From: Candidatus Micrarchaeota archaeon
Lineage (GTDB): Archaea; B1Sed10-29; JAJRYS01
Assembly (NCBI GenBank): GCA_964643685.1
Contig: CAZXTN010000005.1
Coordinates: 27,260 to 62,708 of the forward strand
Direction: 5' to 3'
Length of the DNA: 35,449 nucleotides
Shown: piece after piece, positions 17,262-26,523 of the stretch
Position numbering within the stretch: the stretch's first letter is position 1
How the letters are laid out: every line of letters starts with the position of its first letter
Notes under the pieces: model-generated
What the model saw: only the letters and a program-made list of their open reading frames with translations
Databases searched by the model: none
What the model was told of the DNA's origin: nothing
Program-made: the position numbers and the translations under genes

Positions 17262-18016
17262 GCTAAATCGTCATCCTTAACCAAGTCTTGGATAGTCGGC
17301 TCTTCATCTTCTTTTTGTTTTTTAAGAAAATCAATTCCTGCTTCAGCCATCTTGCTTGAGCCAATAGAATAGACTTTAAAGCCAATGTTTAAGGCTACAA
17401 TGCCAGCTGCAAGAAGAATTAACAGGATAAAAATGCTGATTACAAGCCCTGTGTTCATTTCAGTTGATTCAAGAACAGCTGAAACAACTTTGCTTGATAA
17501 AAAAAGCCCCCCTGCAATAGAAGCAATGCCTCCAAGCATCAAAGCAGCTGACAGCATTCTCTGAGTTGAACCGCTTAATTTAAGCAAATCAATTGTCTTG
17601 TCAACAAGCTTAAGATGAGAATCAACTTCAAGTTTCATTGAAGAAAAATCAGATTTCAAGCCTTCAATTTCTTCAACAAGCTGCTGCTTCACGTCATCAA
17701 CGTACTTTTTATTTTCAGCAACTTTCAAGTCAAACAACAAGCTGCTTTTCTTTTCCTTCTGTTCAGCCCATTCATCCATTTTTTCATCTACAAGCTTTTC
17801 AACTGCAGAAGCAAGCTTGTTTTCAATATACTCCTCAAATTCTTTTTTTGCTTTTGACAAAACCTGCTTTGCCTTCTGTTCATCCAATCCAAGCTGCTGC
17901 AAGTTAACTAAAATCTGCTTGTCAGGCACATTTTCAACAAGCATTTGATAAACAATGTCAGATAAATTCTTGCCTTCAACAGGAGGCTTCTTCTCAGCTT
18001 TTCCAAAAACAGCCAT
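17258..18016 (-). CDS. Membrane protein with N-terminal helical bundle, coiled coil and two TM helices
   Basis: 252-aa ORF with hydrophobic segments MLSAALMLGGIASIAGGLFL and LVISIFILLILLAAGIVALNIGF; ATGA overlap with the next gene. Confidence 0.8.
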   Translation of the reverse strand: MAVFGKAEKKPPVEGKNLSDIVYQMLVENVPDKQILVNLQQLGLDEQKAKQVLSKAKKEFEEYIENKLASAVEKLVDEKMDEWAEQKEKKSSLLFDLKVAENKKYVDDVKQQLVEEIEGLKSDFSSMKLEVDSHLKLVDKTIDLLKLSGSTQRMLSAALMLGGIASIAGGLFLSSKVVSAVLESTEMNTGLVISIFILLILLAAGIVALNIGFKVYSIGSSKMAEAGIDFLKKQKEDEEPTIQDLVKDDDLA

Positions 18017-18154
18017 TGCTTAAACTAAACCACTCTGAATATTTAAAACTGATTGGATGAAAAAAACAAGCAAACCAGTTAAAACCAACAGCAGTTGCAA
18101 AATCTTTTTTTAAAAAAGCATGCAGAATAAAAGTGAAAAGGAGGCGATTTAAAA

Positions 18155-18343
18155 ATGAATTTATTTGAAAAAAACGAAAACAAGGGACAAATTTCAGCTG
18201 AAATGCTGATGATACTAGCAGCTCTTGTAGGGCTTGGAATTTTTGTAATAAAAAACCTTGGAAAAACAGCTCAGAACACTGCAAGCAAACTAAGTGAAAC
18301 AAGCTCTAAATTTAACGAAACAATAGATTACTTCCTTGAATAA
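18155..18343 (+). CDS. Short type IV pilin (class III signal, QxSxE type)
   Basis: NKG/QISAEML followed by a 20-aa hydrophobic helix; GGAGG RBS upstream. Confidence 0.85.
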   Translation: MNLFEKNENKGQISAEMLMILAALVGLGIFVIKNLGKTAQNTASKLSETSSKFNETIDYFLE

Positions 18344-18362
18344 AAGAAAAGGTGATAAGAAA

Positions 18363-18530
18363 ATGAATTTAAAAAGCAATAAAGCACAGGTGTCAGCAGA
18401 GCTTCTTGTAGTAATGGCAGCAGTAATCGCAGCTGCGTTAATAATCGCAAACAGTTACTTAAAGTCAATGAAAAAAATAAACACAAGATACAACTCCAAC
18501 GTAGCCAAAGCATTGAAAGCAGTGAAGTGA
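18363..18530 (+). CDS. Short type IV pilin (class III signal, QxSxE type), 55 aa
   Basis: NKA/QVSAELL followed by a hydrophobic helix; GGTGA RBS before ATG 18363. Confidence 0.85.
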   Translation: MNLKSNKAQVSAELLVVMAAVIAAALIIANSYLKSMKKINTRYNSNVAKALKAVK

Positions 18531-18532
18531 AA

Positions 18533-18871
18533 ATGAAAGCACAGGCTTCAATTGAAACATTAATGACTCTCGCAGCCAGCATTGCAGTTCTTTCACTACT
18601 TCTCGGGCAAATAAGCATGATTGAAAAAACAGGAGAAAAAGTGCTGTCAAAAAAAGAAACAAAAGAAGCTGAAACATTAATCAATTCAATATGCAAGGTA
18701 ACAGCTGCTTCTAATTCAAAACAAGAAGCAGTGATTTATTTTTTCAAAAACGCGTCAATTGAAGTTAGCAATGATTACTGTGAAAAGAAAAGCATTAATC
18801 TTTCAAAAGGAAAAAACAAGATAGTTTTTTACCCAAGCAAACCAGTTAAAATCATGTTAAAATTGCACTGA
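18533..18871 (+). CDS. Type IV pilin-like protein (class III signal)
   Basis: MKA/QASIETL followed by a hydrophobic helix; alternative GTG start at 18527. Confidence 0.8.
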   Translation: MKAQASIETLMTLAASIAVLSLLLGQISMIEKTGEKVLSKKETKEAETLINSICKVTAASNSKQEAVIYFFKNASIEVSNDYCEKKSINLSKGKNKIVFYPSKPVKIMLKLH

Positions 18872-19175
18872 CTTCAACATAACTCCTCTTAATAACAGGG
18901 TTCAAGCACTTTTCTTTTTTTGGATTAAATGAAATGCACGTGATTTTTATATGGGGATTGACTTCTTGAACTTGCTTAATGCATTGCTTTGAATAATCTT
19001 TTTTCAAAGAACATGATTCAACCACATCCTGTAATTGCATGAAAAGAAGCTCCTTGCTTAAACCAGGAGCTTGAGAATAATGAAAATTAAGGAACAAGTA
19101 AAACAAGGCAATGAGAACAAGCCCTGCTTCAACTGTAAACAAAAAACCCTTAGATTCTTGTAACTTTAATGACAC
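18852..19175 (-). CDS. Minor pilin-like protein (KG/FxFTxEA signal)
   Basis: ESKG/FLFTVEAGLVLIALFYLF; probable GTG start at 19175 after GGAAGTGA, start uncertain. Confidence 0.7.
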   Translation of the reverse strand: MSLKLQESKGFLFTVEAGLVLIALFYLFLNFHYSQAPGLSKELLFMQLQDVVESCSLKKDYSKQCIKQVQEVNPHIKITCISFNPKKEKCLNPVIKRSYVEVSAILT

Positions 19176-19542
19176 ACAAATCACTTCCGCATAAGGCAAT
19201 TCTTGAAACACCATCCCCTTCAAAAAAACCACTGCTTTTCAATCCCATTACTTCAACTCCATACTTTTTTCCATCGAACATGAAAACTTTTTTCAAATTA
19301 AAATTCTCTTCTTTTACTTCATGATGCTTTACTTCATTATTCTCATACTTCACAAGCCCCTTATCTGAACTTGAAACCATTAGCTCTGAAACCCTTATCA
19401 AATCAGCTTGCGTTGAAAAAGAAGAATGACTTTTTTTCTGAATTGAAAGAGTGTTTGCAAAAAAAGCAAATGAAAAAGAAAGAATGAAGACAATGATTAT
19501 GAAAGCAGTTATTGCATCCAAGCTAAAAAACAATCCCTTCAT
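19150..19542 (-). CDS. Minor pilin-like protein (KG/LFFSLDA signal)
   Basis: MKG/LFFSLDAITAFIIIVFIL; AAGGAGGTGG RBS and ATGA overlap with the upstream gene. Confidence 0.8.
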   Translation of the reverse strand: MKGLFFSLDAITAFIIIVFILSFSFAFFANTLSIQKKSHSSFSTQADLIRVSELMVSSSDKGLVKYENNEVKHHEVKEENFNLKKVFMFDGKKYGVEVMGLKSSGFFEGDGVSRIALCGSDLCVIKVTRI

Positions 19543-19832
19543 TTCAAAAACCACCTCCTTCTAGTCTTGACCGAACAGAGAAAAGAATTAACTTCTTCAT
19601 TGAACACAGTTAAATTAAGCCCTTTAATGCATTTTCCTTCTTCACTTACCTGCCCCCCTGTCAAGTAATACAAATGCAAGGCAGATGAAAGCTCTTCCCT
19701 CTGCTGTTTTTCAGAAAATTTTACAGAAGTAGTATTAAAAGTTTTTGGGAAAGAAGACAACATAATAGAAACTGCAAGTAACATTGCTGCAAAACTAACC
19801 AGCATTTCAATGGACATCTGCGCTTTTTTCAC
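19539..19832 (-). CDS. Type IV pilin-like protein (class III signal, QxSxE type)
   Basis: MKKA/QMSIEML followed by a hydrophobic helix; the GTG start overlaps the upstream stop (GTGA), with a GAGGAG RBS. Confidence 0.8.
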   Translation of the reverse strand: MKKAQMSIEMLVSFAAMLLAVSIMLSSFPKTFNTTSVKFSEKQQREELSSALHLYYLTGGQVSEEGKCIKGLNLTVFNEEVNSFLCSVKTRRRWFLK

Positions 19833-20482
19833 AACTCCTCTCCTCCAAGAATCAATGCTTTTACTTCCTGACTTCCTATCTTTGACTTAACTGAAAAAGC
19901 CATGGGTTTTGAAAGCAGTTCACTTGCTTCGCTGAAATCAAAAGGCAAGTCTTTATTGAATCCAACTTCAACAACTCTCTTATTCTTGTTTGAGTTTAGA
20001 AAAGCAGCGCACAGCAAGACATTTGAAAGAGAAAGTTTTCCATTAGTTTCTTTTATTACCTCTGAGTTAATTGAATTAAACTGCTTTCCTCTACTAATTA
20101 TTCTAGTAGTTGGCTTTTCTTCTGACAAATCAAAAGGACTCACAAGAACAGTGTTTGCTGAGTAATTGTTTTCAGCAGCCCATTCTTGTATTTTGTAGCA
20201 CATGTAAACTTCATCCAAGTAATCTGCTTTATCTCCTGTTGCAAGAGTAATTGCTTCTCCTGCCACGTCAAGAACCTTGTTTTCAACATCCTTGTTTGCA
20301 TCTTCAACTGTCTTTTTGAACCCATCTTGCATTGAGTAAATTCTTTCATTAGTTAACTGCATCAAATCAATACCCTGCTTTTGCAAAACCATTGAAGAAT
20401 AAGCCCTGTAATCCAAACCAGCAATTAAAATAAACACTGACAAAATAACTGCAAAAACAAGAGTTGAAACAAAGCCTTTCAT
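19829..20482 (-). CDS. Pilin-like or pilus-associated membrane protein
   Basis: MKG/FVSTLVFAVILSVFILIAGL; first gene of a four-gene translationally coupled operon. Confidence 0.7.
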   Translation of the reverse strand: MKGFVSTLVFAVILSVFILIAGLDYRAYSSMVLQKQGIDLMQLTNERIYSMQDGFKKTVEDANKDVENKVLDVAGEAITLATGDKADYLDEVYMCYKIQEWAAENNYSANTVLVSPFDLSEEKPTTRIISRGKQFNSINSEVIKETNGKLSLSNVLLCAAFLNSNKNKRVVEVGFNKDLPFDFSEASELLSKPMAFSVKSKIGSQEVKALILGGEEL

Positions 20483-20584
20483 AATTAACTGAAATGAATT
20501 TTTTCATTTAAATGAAATTTGCAACAATGAAAAGTTTTAACTAGTTAAATTAATAAACAAGTAACAAGAAAAAAGAAAAGTAAG

Positions 20585-21157
20585 GTGAGCAAAGAAATGA
20601 AGTTCTGCAAAAACGAATTAAGAGATATACTAATTTCAGTTGTGACTATCACTCTTGCTTTTTACTTCTTGCTGGCTAAAATGGGAAATTACCATTCTTT
20701 CATAGCAGTTTTTTTAGGAGTAGGTTTAGGCTTTGTATTGCATGAACTTGGGCACAAGTTCACTGCAATGCATTATGGCTGCGTGGCTTGCTACCGCGCC
20801 TGGACTCAAGGACTTGTAATTGCATTGCTTTTCGCTGTTTTCACTAATTTTGTTTTTGCTGCTCCTGGAGCTGTTTACATTTATAAGCCGAACTTGACTA
20901 GAAGAGAAGACGGCATCATTTCGCTTGCAGGGCCTTTGACTAACTTGTTTATTGCTTTTTTCTTCATGTTTTTGTTCATGGGAACAAATTACATGAACTT
21001 GGCTTACTGGATTTTTAAAGTAAACGTGTTCCTTGGATTGTTTAACATGGTTCCATTCGGGCCACTTGACGGCTCGAAAGTATTCAGGTGGAACACAGGA
21101 GTCTGGGGAGTAGTTTTCCTATTCTTGCTTGGATTGAACTTCTTCTTCCCATACTAA
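20585..21157 (+). CDS. Site-2 protease (peptidase M50)
   Basis: HELGH within a TM helix, AAPGAV, SLAGPLTN and FNMVPFGPLDG. Confidence 0.93.
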   Translation: MSKEMKFCKNELRDILISVVTITLAFYFLLAKMGNYHSFIAVFLGVGLGFVLHELGHKFTAMHYGCVACYRAWTQGLVIALLFAVFTNFVFAAPGAVYIYKPNLTRREDGIISLAGPLTNLFIAFFFMFLFMGTNYMNLAYWIFKVNVFLGLFNMVPFGPLDGSKVFRWNTGVWGVVFLFLLGLNFFFPY

Positions 21158-21178
21158 GAAAAGAAAAAAAGAGGAAGC

Positions 21179-23329
21179 TTATCTGTATTCTGCTCCTTTG
21201 TAGCTTCCTTTGAAGTCCTCGTATCTTTTAGCCACTTCTCCTTTTAACGAGGGGCTGACTTCCTCCAAAGCTTTTTCAAAGTGCTTCCATTTCACTTCTT
21301 TTGCCTGCTTGTTTTCCCTCAAGGCGTTCATTGCAGCTTCTCTTACAACTGCTTGTATGTCTGCTCCTGAGTAGCCTTCTGTCTTCTCAGCTAGTTTTTC
21401 TATTTTCACGTCTTTTGCTATTGGCACTTTTTTCAAATGCACTTCAAAGATTTTCTTCCTCGTGTCCTTGTCAGGTGCAGTTACTTCAATTAGCCTGTCA
21501 AACCTTCCCGGACGGAGAAGAGCTGGGTCTATCATGTCAGGCCTGTTCGTAGCTGCAATTACTACCACGTCTTTTAATTCCTCCAAGCCATCCATTTCAG
21601 TTAGTATTTGATTCACTACTGTTTCAGTTACAGCAGAGCCCATGTGAGTTCCTCTTCTCGGAGCAATGGAGTCAATTTCATCAAAGAAGATTATGCATGG
21701 CGCTGCTTGCCTTGCTTTTCTGAATGTTTCTCTTATTCCTTTTTCTGACTCGCCAACCCATTTTGAAAGCAGTTCTGGTCCGCGCACGGCTATGAAATTT
21801 GACTCTGACTCTGTTGCAACTGCTTTTGCCAGTAAAGTCTTACCTGTACCAGGTGGGCCGTATAGGAGTATTCCTCTTGGTGGTTTTATGCCCATTCTCT
21901 TAAACATGTGAGGGTATTTCAAAGGCCATTCAATTGCTTCTTTTAATTCCTTCTTGACTTTATCAAGTCCTCCAATGTCGTTCCATTTCACATTAGGCGA
22001 TTCAATTAAAACTTCTCTCATGGCGCTTGGCTGCACTTCCATGAACGCCTTGTTAAAGTCATCCCTAGTTACTTTCAGGCTTTCAATTATTTTCACTGGA
22101 ATAGTTTCTTCATCTAAGTTCATTTTAGGAAGGAATCTTCTCAGAGTCTTCATTGCAGCTTCTCTTGCAAGAGCAGCTAAGTCAGCTCCAACATAACCAT
22201 GAGTCTTAGCTGCAATTTCCTCCAAGTTTACATCCTTATCAAGAGGCATTCCTCTAGTATGTATTTTAAGAATTTCTAATCTGCCTTTTTTGTCAGGCAC
22301 TCCTAATTCAATTTCCCTATCAAACCTTCCAGGACGCCTCAAAGCAGGGTCAATTGCGTTCTGCCTATTCGTAGCAGCTATAACAACCACTTTTCCCCTT
22401 GACTTCAAACCATCCATCAAAGTAAGCAACTGCGCAACTACCCTTTTCTCAACTTCACCTGTTACTTCCTCTCTCTTAGGAGCAATTGAGTCAATCTCGT
22501 CAATGAAAATGATTGACGGCGCGTTCTTAGACGCTTCTTCAAAAATACCTCTTAATTTTTGTTCAGCTTCACCTACGAATTTTGAAATAATTTCAGGCCC
22601 CTGGATGGAATAAAAATTAGCATCAGCTTCATTAGCCACTGCTTTCGCTAATAGTGTTTTTCCTGTTCCAGGAGGACCGTAAAGCAAGACTCCTTTAGGC
22701 GCTTCAATTCCAAGCTTGGTGAACAATTCAGGGTGCCTTAAAGGCAATTCAATCATTTCCCTGACTTTCTTCACTTGATCGCCAAGCCCTCCAATGTCGT
22801 CATAAGTAACTTGTGGAACTCCTTCAACTTCTTTAGCAGGCTCTTCGCGAATACTGACAACAGTTGATTCTGTAATCTGAGTCAAGACATTCTTAGGGTT
22901 GACATTAACTGCTTTCAAAATAAGAGGCTGTCCGAACACAGGCATTAAAATGCTGTCTCCTTGAAAAATAGGGCGTCCAATTAATCTTTTTTTCACGTAC
23001 TCTTCAAAACCACTTGAGAACCTGACTGCTTGAGTAGGTGCAAAGATTATTTTCTTAGCAGGCTTCACTCTCTTCGGCTTGCTTACTTTAATAATATCCC
23101 CTGCTCCTACATTAGCATTTTGCCTAATTAAACCGTCGATTCTTGCAATGCCTTTTCCTTCATCCTGAGGATAAGCTTGCCACACAACAGCACCAGTCTT
23201 TCTCTTGCCTTCAATTTCAACAATATCCCCAGAAGTAACATCAAGTTTTCTTCTTGCAAGGGAATCCATTCTAATAATTCCCCTTCCAATGTCATCTTGC
23301 TGCGCTTCCTGAACCTTCAAATCAACCAT
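21179..23329 (-). CDS. cdc48: CDC48/VCP-family AAA+ ATPase
   Basis: N-domain plus two AAA modules (GPPGTGKT twice, DEID twice, [10 protein letters not shown] / [10 protein letters not shown]); AGGTGA RBS; start 23329 or 23332; ends GAEYR. Confidence 0.97.
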   Translation of the reverse strand: MVDLKVQEAQQDDIGRGIIRMDSLARRKLDVTSGDIVEIEGKRKTGAVVWQAYPQDEGKGIARIDGLIRQNANVGAGDIIKVSKPKRVKPAKKIIFAPTQAVRFSSGFEEYVKKRLIGRPIFQGDSILMPVFGQPLILKAVNVNPKNVLTQITESTVVSIREEPAKEVEGVPQVTYDDIGGLGDQVKKVREMIELPLRHPELFTKLGIEAPKGVLLYGPPGTGKTLLAKAVANEADANFYSIQGPEIISKFVGEAEQKLRGIFEEASKNAPSIIFIDEIDSIAPKREEVTGEVEKRVVAQLLTLMDGLKSRGKVVVIAATNRQNAIDPALRRPGRFDREIELGVPDKKGRLEILKIHTRGMPLDKDVNLEEIAAKTHGYVGADLAALAREAAMKTLRRFLPKMNLDEETIPVKIIESLKVTRDDFNKAFMEVQPSAMREVLIESPNVKWNDIGGLDKVKKELKEAIEWPLKYPHMFKRMGIKPPRGILLYGPPGTGKTLLAKAVATESESNFIAVRGPELLSKWVGESEKGIRETFRKARQAAPCIIFFDEIDSIAPRRGTHMGSAVTETVVNQILTEMDGLEELKDVVVIAATNRPDMIDPALLRPGRFDRLIEVTAPDKDTRKKIFEVHLKKVPIAKDVKIEKLAEKTEGYSGADIQAVVREAAMNALRENKQAKEVKWKHFEKALEEVSPSLKGEVAKRYEDFKGSYKGAEYR

Positions 23330-23344
23330 CATAATCACCTTCTT

Positions 23345-23587
23345 TTACAATTCCTTCATTTTTTTAAATATTATCTTGTTCCACTCATTCATCAGCTTGT
23401 CATTCAATTTCTTCTGCCTTTCAATTTCCTTGAAAAACTCCTCCTCGTAATCAGCGATGAAGTCGAACATGCAGTGCAGCAGCTCAGCCTGAGTCATTCT
23501 CTTGTGATGCAAGTCCAAAAGCGACTGCAGCTGCTTCATTATGAGAGCGTCCCTCTTAAATACCCTCATAGTTGTTTCATCATCCAT
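23345..23587 (-). CDS. Small RHH-like / antitoxin-like DNA-binding protein, 80 aa, first gene of the cdc48 operon
   Basis: MDDETTMRVFKRDALIMKQLQ...MTQAELLHCM has the strand-helix-helix pattern (TT.RV...TQ.ELL). A TATA box lies about 25-30 nt upstream. Confidence 0.6.
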   Translation of the reverse strand: MDDETTMRVFKRDALIMKQLQSLLDLHHKRMTQAELLHCMFDFIADYEEEFFKEIERQKKLNDKLMNEWNKIIFKKMKEL

Positions 23588-23590
23588 GTT

Positions 23591-23620
23591 GTATATTTGT
23601 ATACGAGCATATTTATATAC
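23591..23620 (-). promoter_or_regulatory. TATA box overlapped by four GTATAC-like hexamers at 8-bp period
   Basis: GTATAT 23591, GTATAC 23599, GCATAT 23607 and ATATAC 23615; minus-strand TATATAAA at 23612-23619. Confidence 0.55.
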
Positions 23621-23665
23621 TTTTTGGAAAGGGTTTAAAAGGAAAAGGAGGATAAAAGGTAAATT

Positions 23666-24265
23666 ATGAACAAGATTAACTTGCATTCACTTAAGCAAAA
23701 ACTAAAATCAGACAGCAGTTTGCAACTTCTTGTAGCCACAAACTTGGTCATTATAACAATTGCCTTGGCTCAGCAATGGAATGCTGTCCAGGTGCTTTTT
23801 ATTTATTGGGGACAGAGTGTTGCTTTAGGAGTAATAAACATTTTTAGAATTTTTACAATAAAAGTTGCAAGCAAAGAGAGGATAGGCAGAAGAGCAGGGA
23901 TTTCTGCTTTTTTCATTTTTCATTACGGCTTATTCCATTTAGTTTACTTGAAATTCATTTTTTTAATTGCTGAAATCACAAAAGCAGATTTAGATTATCA
24001 TCTTCTTTTTTATCCAATCCTATTACTTTTCATAAACCACTTATTTTCTTTCATTAAGAACAGAAAAAAAGACAACAAATTAAGAAAAAACCTGAAAGAA
24101 GTAATGATGTACCCTTACAAAAGAATCAAACCAATGCACATAACAATAGTTGTATTCCTTTTTATTCAGGTTTTCCTTCATAATTCAGGAGTGCTTGTCT
24201 TTTTCATGCTTTTAAAAACATACGCAGATGCAAAATCGCACATAATAGAACACAACCTAACTTAG
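23666..24265 (+). CDS. Multi-pass membrane protein (DUF6498-like)
   Basis: Five to six hydrophobic segments; YW.QS..LG, FF.FHYG.F, PYKR..PMH and LLKT..D...H recall that family. Confidence 0.6.
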   Translation: MNKINLHSLKQKLKSDSSLQLLVATNLVIITIALAQQWNAVQVLFIYWGQSVALGVINIFRIFTIKVASKERIGRRAGISAFFIFHYGLFHLVYLKFIFLIAEITKADLDYHLLFYPILLLFINHLFSFIKNRKKDNKLRKNLKEVMMYPYKRIKPMHITIVVFLFIQVFLHNSGVLVFFMLLKTYADAKSHIIEHNLT

Positions 24266-24311
24266 AAGAGTTTGAAAAAGCTTATTAAAATAAAAAACAA
24301 GAAATAATTTA

Positions 24312-24971
24312 ATGATTCCAATCGGCTGTTCTTCTATTGACAAGCTTCTCGGAGGAGGACTTCTTGAAGGAGTAATTACACAGGTTTACGGAAGCCCTGG
24401 AAGCGGAAAAACAAACATTGCGCTTTACACTTCTTATACTGCTTCTAAAATGAATAAAAAAATTGCTTTCATTGACACTGAAAACAGCTTTCATCATGAA
24501 AGAGTTAATCAGATTTTCATGGAAAATGAATTGCTGAATAACATTGACTTAATTAATGTTAAGAATTTCCAGGAGCAGGAGGAAGCAATTGAAGAAGTTG
24601 TTAATGAAAATTACGACTTGGTGATAATTGATTCAATGACTTCGCTTTACAGGGTTGAAAGAACAGATGATAACTACTATGACGTGAACAGGGTGCTTGG
24701 AAAACAAGCTTTGAAGTTGTTGAATTACGCGCGTGAAGAAAATATTCCTGTTTTAATCACTAACCAAGTTTATACTAATACTGACACTGGATTAATTGAA
24801 CCTGTTGGTGGAAGCATTTTGAAGTATTACTCGAAAGTGATTCTTGAAGTTATGAAAACAGAGGAAGGAAGAAAAGTTGTGTTGAAAAAGCATTTGAGCA
24901 GGAAAGACGGTGAAGAAGCAGAGTTTAAAATAGTTGAAAATGGTATAATAAGTCATGGGTTATATTCATAA
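24312..24971 (+). CDS. radB: DNA repair and recombination protein RadB
   Basis: RecA core without N-domain: IDKLLGGG, GSPGSGKT, FIDTE, IIDS, ITNQV, PVGG..LKY.SK and a basic LKKH patch. Confidence 0.92.
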   Translation: MIPIGCSSIDKLLGGGLLEGVITQVYGSPGSGKTNIALYTSYTASKMNKKIAFIDTENSFHHERVNQIFMENELLNNIDLINVKNFQEQEEAIEEVVNENYDLVIIDSMTSLYRVERTDDNYYDVNRVLGKQALKLLNYAREENIPVLITNQVYTNTDTGLIEPVGGSILKYYSKVILEVMKTEEGRKVVLKKHLSRKDGEEAEFKIVENGIISHGLYS

Positions 24972-25698
24972 GAAGTTTAAAAGAGTAGTTGAAGATTTGA
25001 AAAAAAGATATGATAAGCCTAAAAATAAAATAAAAGCAGTTATAGGTTATGGTTCAATAGCTTATAAAAAAAACCCTAGAGACTTAGATTTAATTATTAT
25101 AAGAGAAAAAGGAGGATTGCAATTAATAAAAGACACTAAAAGAGGGGAAGACATAGTAATTGCAAGTAATGAAAGCATTAAAGAAACAAAAGAGAAAGAA
25201 GCGCCAATTGCCGTAAAACCCCCATTAAGTTCAGCTACAACCCCAAATATCCTTTTATATGAAAAAAATAAGGGGGAATACAAAAAACTTAAAGAAGAAA
25301 CAACAAGAGAGTTAGTTAAATCTGTGATTGAAAGGATAAGAATAGCTTTTCCAGAAGCAGACAAAGAAATAATGATAAACCCTAAGCAATTAGTTTTAAT
25401 CAACAGAGTGCTGATAGAACCAAAAGTAAAAGAAGATGTAGGTTACTTGAATAAGTGGTTTGAATCAAAAAAAAGAGGAGAAGATCCTTTTGAAAAAATT
25501 GAAAATTTTCTAGATGAGAACATTATCAAGGGAATTTTAAAAGAACAAGGACTATTTATAAAAGAAGAAAGAATTCCAAAAACTAACGAAGTACTATTCA
25601 AAATAAGATTACCAAAACAAGTATCAGAAGAAAAAACAAGAGAACAAATAAAAAAAGGAAAAAAAAGATTAAAAAGATTAGTTGAAAAAAAAGATTAA
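24955..25698 (+). CDS. Nucleotidyltransferase (MNT/Pol-beta fold) domain protein with C-terminal extension
   Basis: VIGYGSIAYKKNPRDLDLIII has intact GS and DxD motifs; AT-rich; overlaps radB by 17 nt. Confidence 0.7.
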   Translation: MGYIHKKFKRVVEDLKKRYDKPKNKIKAVIGYGSIAYKKNPRDLDLIIIREKGGLQLIKDTKRGEDIVIASNESIKETKEKEAPIAVKPPLSSATTPNILLYEKNKGEYKKLKEETTRELVKSVIERIRIAFPEADKEIMINPKQLVLINRVLIEPKVKEDVGYLNKWFESKKRGEDPFEKIENFLDENIIKGILKEQGLFIKEERIPKTNEVLFKIRLPKQVSEEKTREQIKKGKKRLKRLVEKKD

Positions 25699-26477
25699 TA
25701 AACTTTACTTCCCCCGTTTGGCAGCAGTTCCTGCACCCAGTTTACATCAAATAACTTGTCTGGGTAAATTTCTTTCAATTTTTTGAAAATTAATTTAGCT
25801 GAGTTGCCTTTAGTTGACTTTAAATCAGGCTTTATTGCCACTCCTTTCCTTAAGACGCTTGGCGGGGCAATCATCAACTTGCCTTCTTCGTTGAAGCCTA
25901 TTTTCAATTCAAGCACAGTGTTCCTGAACCATCTCCTCTTGCCTTCAATCACAAAACTGCCTGCAGCCAAGTACTCCCCTGCTTTCGCAGCTGTCTTAAC
26001 CTGACTTTTTTCAACTGCATAAACATCAACTGCTCCTCTGCCTGCTTTCCAGGCGCGTGAAAAACTAGCTGCAAACTGCGCAACTTTCTCCAATTCCTCT
26101 TCTTTCATTTGCTTTCCTTTCTTGGCAATCACAACAGAAGCCCCTGTCACATCAGCATGGAAAAACAAGTCCTCTTCTTCAAAATAGTTCTTGACTAAGC
26201 GAGTGTTGCTTTTGGCATCGCGTCCTCCGATTACTAAGAAATTGCCCAGCTTCATCCAGTGGAAGCTTTCAAACCATTCTTTTTTCCTTTCTATTTTTTT
26301 CTCCAAGCCCCTCTGCTCTTCCTGTTTTTTCTCTTCTTTTGCAATAAGTTCTTCTGTTTTCTTAATTGCTTCTTCTATGCCTTTGAGTTTTCTTTTAAGT
26401 TTTTTAGCTTTGTCATAGTAAACAGTTGCGTTGTCCTGAACACTGAGTTTGGGGTCAAGTTCAATTTCAATTTTCAT
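25695..26477 (-). CDS. NFACT-R (DUF814) domain protein, short Rqc2/NEMF-like
   Basis: LDP.LS...NA..YY.KAKK coiled coil, WFE.F.W, GGRDA.SN, FFHAD..GA, FSRAWK and GEYL..GSF.I.GKR. Confidence 0.9.
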   Translation of the reverse strand: MKIEIELDPKLSVQDNATVYYDKAKKLKRKLKGIEEAIKKTEELIAKEEKKQEEQRGLEKKIERKKEWFESFHWMKLGNFLVIGGRDAKSNTRLVKNYFEEEDLFFHADVTGASVVIAKKGKQMKEEELEKVAQFAASFSRAWKAGRGAVDVYAVEKSQVKTAAKAGEYLAAGSFVIEGKRRWFRNTVLELKIGFNEEGKLMIAPPSVLRKGVAIKPDLKSTKGNSAKLIFKKLKEIYPDKLFDVNWVQELLPNGGSKVY

Positions 26478-26523
26478 CAAAGTAAATTAAACAAAAAGAA
26501 GTTTATTAAAACAAGCGTTCAGC

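Noticed and set aside
24960-24971. HbYX-like end (GLYS) on RadB
   Set aside because: It falls in the overlap with the next gene's start, and I know of no proteasome-docking role for RadB; likely chance.
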